The position numbers and the translations under genes were made by a program. Below the pieces are notes generated by a model. It was given only the letters and a program-made list of their open reading frames with translations. It ran no database searches and was not told the DNA's origin. From Macrostomum lignano (Eukaryota): a stretch of DNA of 64,000 nt. The stretch is from positions 62,001-126,000 of the forward strand of contig NIVC01002676.1 in NCBI GenBank assembly GCA_002269645.1, given 5' to 3'. The stretch's first letter is position 1. Every line of letters starts with the position of its first letter. This document shows positions 59,253 to 64,000 of this stretch, in pieces.

Positions 59253-60259
59253 CTATATAGGCCTATCACTGATCACTCATTGACTCGTGAACAGAGCCAC
59301 TTGTCTAAAGTAAATATGATGAAAAAGTACCAGTTCAGACGTTCTATCTAATACAAAAAACAAATTTAGAACTATAAGGCCTCGTATAGCAAAGCAGTTA
59401 CATATATGAAGTACTTAAAAAGTTCCGAATTATCAAATTCGAATCAAATGAAGCGAACGTTGCAAAAATTAGCGCGATTTCTATTCTTATCAGTAGTTTG
59501 TATTAGAAACAAAAGAAATTCCGTACAAAACCTTTATCCACATCTTTAGCACAAAAAATTATAATACAATCATCTGCATTTGTTTATGATATTAAATATG
59601 CTAACTAGATTTCTAATGGCATATAATTTGTTTAACTGAACCGAATTTCCACTGCTTGAACCAGAATAAAAGAGTGAATGCGCTACGAAGTCAATAAAAC
59701 TGAACACTTCCTAAAATTACTCCATAGTTTTAGGTGCTATGCGCTTTCCATGCATCGAACTGTGCTAACTGAAAACTATATATTTTTATAACTATATATA
59801 AGGAACAGAGAATGTTTTACTATGAAACCTTATCTTGACATTTATACTCTCTTACAGCGGTTTCTGTCATACAATATCGTAAAATGATATTTTAGTTTTC
59901 AATTTAACTGTATAAAAATTCTTACTTTGTAAATAGTGTTGATTGCAATTAAGGACTTATTTGTCATACTTGTCGGTCGATGTGTCGAGCTTATGTACGT
60001 GTACCAGTTCGATTTCTAGTGCCCCCCCCCCCGACAACAACAAACAAATTACGCAGCCCCGCATGTAAGATCACAGTTATAGCAGCGTGCGTCAGATGGC
60101 GCGCTGCAGAGCCTGATAGCGGACGAAGTCCGCCCCGTTGACAGTGTCGGGCGCCCCGGCGTCGCGTTGAAGGCAGTCCACGCATCGACCAAGGACTACT
60201 TAAGTACAAACGTTACTTTAGTCGTCCTTGGTATCGACGGGTTTGGGCCCTGCAAGGTG

Positions 60260-61345
60260 AGCAGCAGGACGTCCTAAACAGGTTGGGGGCAGTAGCCCCC
60301 GGCCCGGATCACGTGGCCCGCCAGTTGAAGTCGCCGATGGCGCTGCAGCTTGGCCCGATCGTACAGGGCCTCGGTACCGACGCTCTCGTCAGCTTGAAAG
60401 GCCGCAAGACGCAGCCCTGAGTGCGCCGAGTCCAACTGCCGCTCTAGCGTAGCCGTCAGCGTCTACGTCTCGGCGGCGTTGTATCGGCGTGGACGGATTC
60501 GACCACCGCCTGCCAAAGCCGAGCCCTCTGGCGGTCGAGCAGCGCTTCGGACTGGACGACGGCCCAGATCGAATGGAAGACCGCCCAGGAAAGTCCGCTG
60601 GGATGTCCGCCGGTACAGTCAACACCTCTGTCTTCAGCGTGTTGACAACGAGACCGCGACGCTCGATGCCACCTCGACCAGCCTGTCGATGGTGCTGGGC
60701 GCCTTCAACGGACGAGGACAGGAGGGCGAGGTCTTCGGCGTAGCCCAGCACTCTCAGGCGCTTTTCGCAGTGGCGGCGACTGATACGTCTGCGCCGAAGC
60801 CTTCGTCAGCCGAGGGGAGTGCGGTCCGAAGCACCCAGTCCAGCAGCAGCACGAAGAGGGACGGCACCAGCGTGTCGCCCTGCAGAACTCCTGATGAAGT
60901 GTCGAACAGGTCAGACAGGCAGTCCGCCGTCACCACAGCAGCTCGAGTGTCGCGATACAGCGCCATGACAGCGTCGATTAGCTGCTGGGGCACCCGGTAG
61001 GCTCGAAGGACAAAGGAAAGCGCGGCTCTCAACACCGAGTCAAACGCTTTTGAAAGTCAACGAAGACAATGACTGGCGGATGCGCGCCTCCTCGATGACA
61101 CGGCGGAGTGCGAGGATCTGTGTCATTATATACCGCGTTGCGGCCAGAATCCGTTCTGCTCGTACCGCAGGTACGGGTCCAGCATTGACTGCAGAAGATA
61201 GAGCAGCAGCCGGTTTGAAAAACTTCGCGGTGCAGGACATCAATGAGATCCCGCGGGGTCTTCTTTCCGACGTTCGAGTGCCCCCAATTGCACACTCTAC
61301 TGATGAGGACGCACTTTTTCCCAAATCCCGCGCTAGCACATGGGC
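60260..61345 (-). mobile_element. RTE-like non-LTR retrotransposon reverse-transcriptase remnant
   Basis: Frameshifted motifs QILALRRVIEE, VIVFVDFQK, VPQQLIDAVMALY, GVLQGDTLVPSLFVLLLD, LGYAEDLALL (cf. YADD), GLVVNTLKTEVL. Confidence 0.88.
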
Positions 61346-61887
61346 TCTAAACTTACTTGCCTACTAACAGTGGGCAGTGGGCATTTTTATCCTTTTTCTG
61401 CGAATTGTCATAGAATCTATACTAGATATAATGTCTGGCCATACTAGTAGTCATAATAACATAGGCGTAGCTTTTTGGGTCGTAAATCATCGCTTCCGAA
61501 GTTGGTCTGACAGCCACCTGCGCCTCACTCAGTGTTGAAGCGGGCGCCAGATGGTCTGAGAGGATGCGGGCGGTAGCTTTTTTCTCATCATTTTGACAGG
61601 CCATCAAGATTTATGAGGTCAGAGCCTATTGTTCGGATTCACTCAAGCGTGTGACAGCTTTGACAGCTATGCGTTTTACCCCTAAAAGTACCTTGGGATT
61701 AGCGATTAGCGATTTCTCTTCATTATCTTCACTTTCTATTTAATAAGAGCTTTCTAATGTATATTTTTTCATTAATTTCTGTCAATCCTACGCGAAAAGT
61801 CATAAATCATTTTGTTGCGATTTTGAGTGATTTATGGCCGCACCTGTCATCTTTTTACGACCCTGTGGGAACTGATAGGATCTCTCG

Positions 61888-62020
61888 GTCACGTGATTCT
61901 GGGTAGCAACGAGCTTAGCCAATCAGAAAATTCGGCGCTCATTTTAACAAAACGGCTCAGCCAATCAGAATCGACGTGTTCCGTTATAACAAACTGCGGT
62001 CCAGTTGGCGGCTATTTAAA
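61888..62020 (+). promoter_or_regulatory. Pol II promoter-like cluster: E-box, two CCAAT boxes, TATA-like box
   Basis: GTCACGTGAT (CACGTG 61890-61895), AGCCAATCAG with CCAAT at 61919 and 61961, TATTTAAA at 62013-62020. Confidence 0.55.
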
Positions 62021-64000
62021 CCGGAGTTTTTGGCCCGCTCGGACGCAACTTCTTCTTACTTTGGCTCGGGCCCAGCGCGCAACTTCTGGTTCCCGGAGCA
62101 CGACCGTCGTTTCTTGATCCCCGGATTGCAACTTCCCCCATCATCATCAAGGACGAGTCCCCCGGTCGACAGCAGCGAACATCCAGTTAAGAGCATCACC
62201 TGCTAGCTAACAGCGAAGATTGTGACAGCATCATCCCGAGTCTACAGCTGCAGAGCATCGAGCCGATTCGGTCACTGTGGAATACCTGGTCTCCGGCTGT
62301 TGAGTTTCTGATTGGTTGGGTGAGAGGCTACCTAGACTTGCTTGATTGGGTGATCCCTTTTCTGTCCCCTGTTGCAGTAGCTGAATTAGACGCACACTTT
62401 TGCTCATTTTGTTCAGTAGTGCTGTTGCTGAGGCAGGAATCATTCAATAATACTGCTAGTAGTCTAAGACTCCAATTCAATCTAAAGTGTGAAGTGAACT
62501 AAGGAGAAGGTTAAATCTAACAGTTATCTTTGTCGGCTTTATTTCTTTGTTCGCCGATGGCTCAGATGAGTAGCTAAGCTAGTAGGCGCCGGTCACAGTG
62601 GACCAATGGCAAGGCAGTTCTCAGTCGACCAATCTAACGAATCAGTGAGCAAAACTGCCAAAAGTGCAGAATCGGCGCCAGAGATGTACTTTGTGCACTC
62701 TAGGGTAGCCAAGCGGCTCGGGTAAATGAATCATGCGGTCTCTGAAGTTCGAGTTAGCCTATCATCAGCGCTATGAGAGGCTAGTTGGCGCGTTGAAGGC
62801 TAAAAGTACATATCTTCGTATTTAGCAATGTAATAGTACATGTAGCTACCCCATAGACTCGCCACCGCAAGAATCCCCTGCACAAGTCCCCTCTGTACCT
62901 GCATGGCCAACGCGATCTAGTCCCAGCAGTGTCCCTTATCATCGGCTATGACTTCGAGATTGACAGCAAAAAGACACTAGTTGGCAGGTAAGTGCAAAGC
63001 CCCTTCTAGTCGGAAGCCCGATTTCGAGAGTCCCGGTGTGGTGAGCCAGGGCGCACGGGCTGGTGGCAGCAAGTTAGTTGATCTGCGGATTAGCTAATTT
63101 CTACTTTCAAAATTCTCCCTGCTCGTCTCTCGCTGTCCCTCTCTTAGCTATAGGACCTAGACTGCTCGCCACACGATCAAGCTACCATGGGGCTGACCAT
63201 CTGACAGGAGTGGGGGGCCAGGTCTCTAATTGATTTATTTCTGAGACCTGAGGCTCGAAGGCTTCCCTAACAAGGAGCCCGAAGGTCGAAACCCATCACT
63301 ACCTCGTAAAAGTAAATTCCAATAAAAAAAGCACCGAAAAGAAGATATTATTTTCATTTTTGTCTTTATTAAGTAGGAAAACTTTGCAATTTCAAAAAAA
63401 GTTATACATTTATACAAAAGCTACGACTATATAGTAATATATTACTACATACATATGTATATGCACGTCGTGGTACTACAAAAATCGCTCGGAGTATTAA
63501 TCAGCTTCTTGTTCGATCGTTGTTTGGACTTTTGGAGCATGTAAGAGTTATATTACAGACAACCGAGACGACATATGGTTGAATGTCTATACGCTCGTAG
63601 AAGTCACATGATGGTTTTTAATCTCGAGTTTAAACTGCTGTGCAGTCGAAGGAAAGATAAATAATAGAAAGAAAAGCGACTTATTAATAGGCAACCAAAA
63701 AATGCATCACAACTTTTGAACACAGCCGATTAAGCATAAAAAATTGCTTTCGCATTGAAAAAATTGCCGACACGTCAATTCTGCAGTTTGAGTTGCTTTT
63801 TGTTTGTCTCGATATGCATATCCAAAATTCTGTACAGAAGCAGCCGGCAAGTGGGTACAAAATTTAGCACGGAAACATTATAAAGAGAATTATAATTTAT
63901 GTAGAGTCTTTGCGCAGATAGCTGTGAATAGCTGCCTTTTCAACCTAGTCAGCTATTGCAGGAAAGCGAAAAAGCTATAACCATTCAGGAACCACTCGAT

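Noticed and set aside
63255-63300. Penelope-type hammerhead ribozyme (…GAGCCCGAAGGTCGAAAC)
   Set aside because: The CUGANGA core reads CTAACAA, and stems II and III do not pair convincingly. An Infernal search with HHR models would settle it.

Overview
Repeat-rich eukaryotic (animal) genomic DNA, not prokaryotic. GC-rich exons and long simple-sequence or minisatellite arrays in introns suggest a Macrostomum-like flatworm; the species is my inference only. Splice models were built by hand with phase checks. Genes found: FAM161-family ciliary gene (+, 8 exons), intronless CH25H-like fatty-acid-hydroxylase-family gene (-), an unnamed neuropeptide precursor ending in a cyclic CLLKLC peptide (-), an intronless apolipoprotein-L/alpha-pore-forming-toxin-like helical protein (+), LRRC57 (+, 2 exons), cathepsin B (-, 3 exons) and a 17.4-kb IA-2/PTPRN pseudophosphatase gene (-, about 17 exons). 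Between them are two SINE families, hAT-type MITEs with 8-bp TSDs, a mariner fossil with two nested insertions, Tc1-, Copia- and RTE-like remnants, and more than 20 distinct tandem arrays. Most long ORFs in the supplied track are artefacts of these repeats. The most interesting items are the urotensin-II/somatostatin-like neuropeptide precursor, the ApoL/PFT-like gene, the one-satellite-per-intron architecture and an RFX X-box-bearing intronic repeat. No tRNA or rRNA genes and no CRISPR array are supported.
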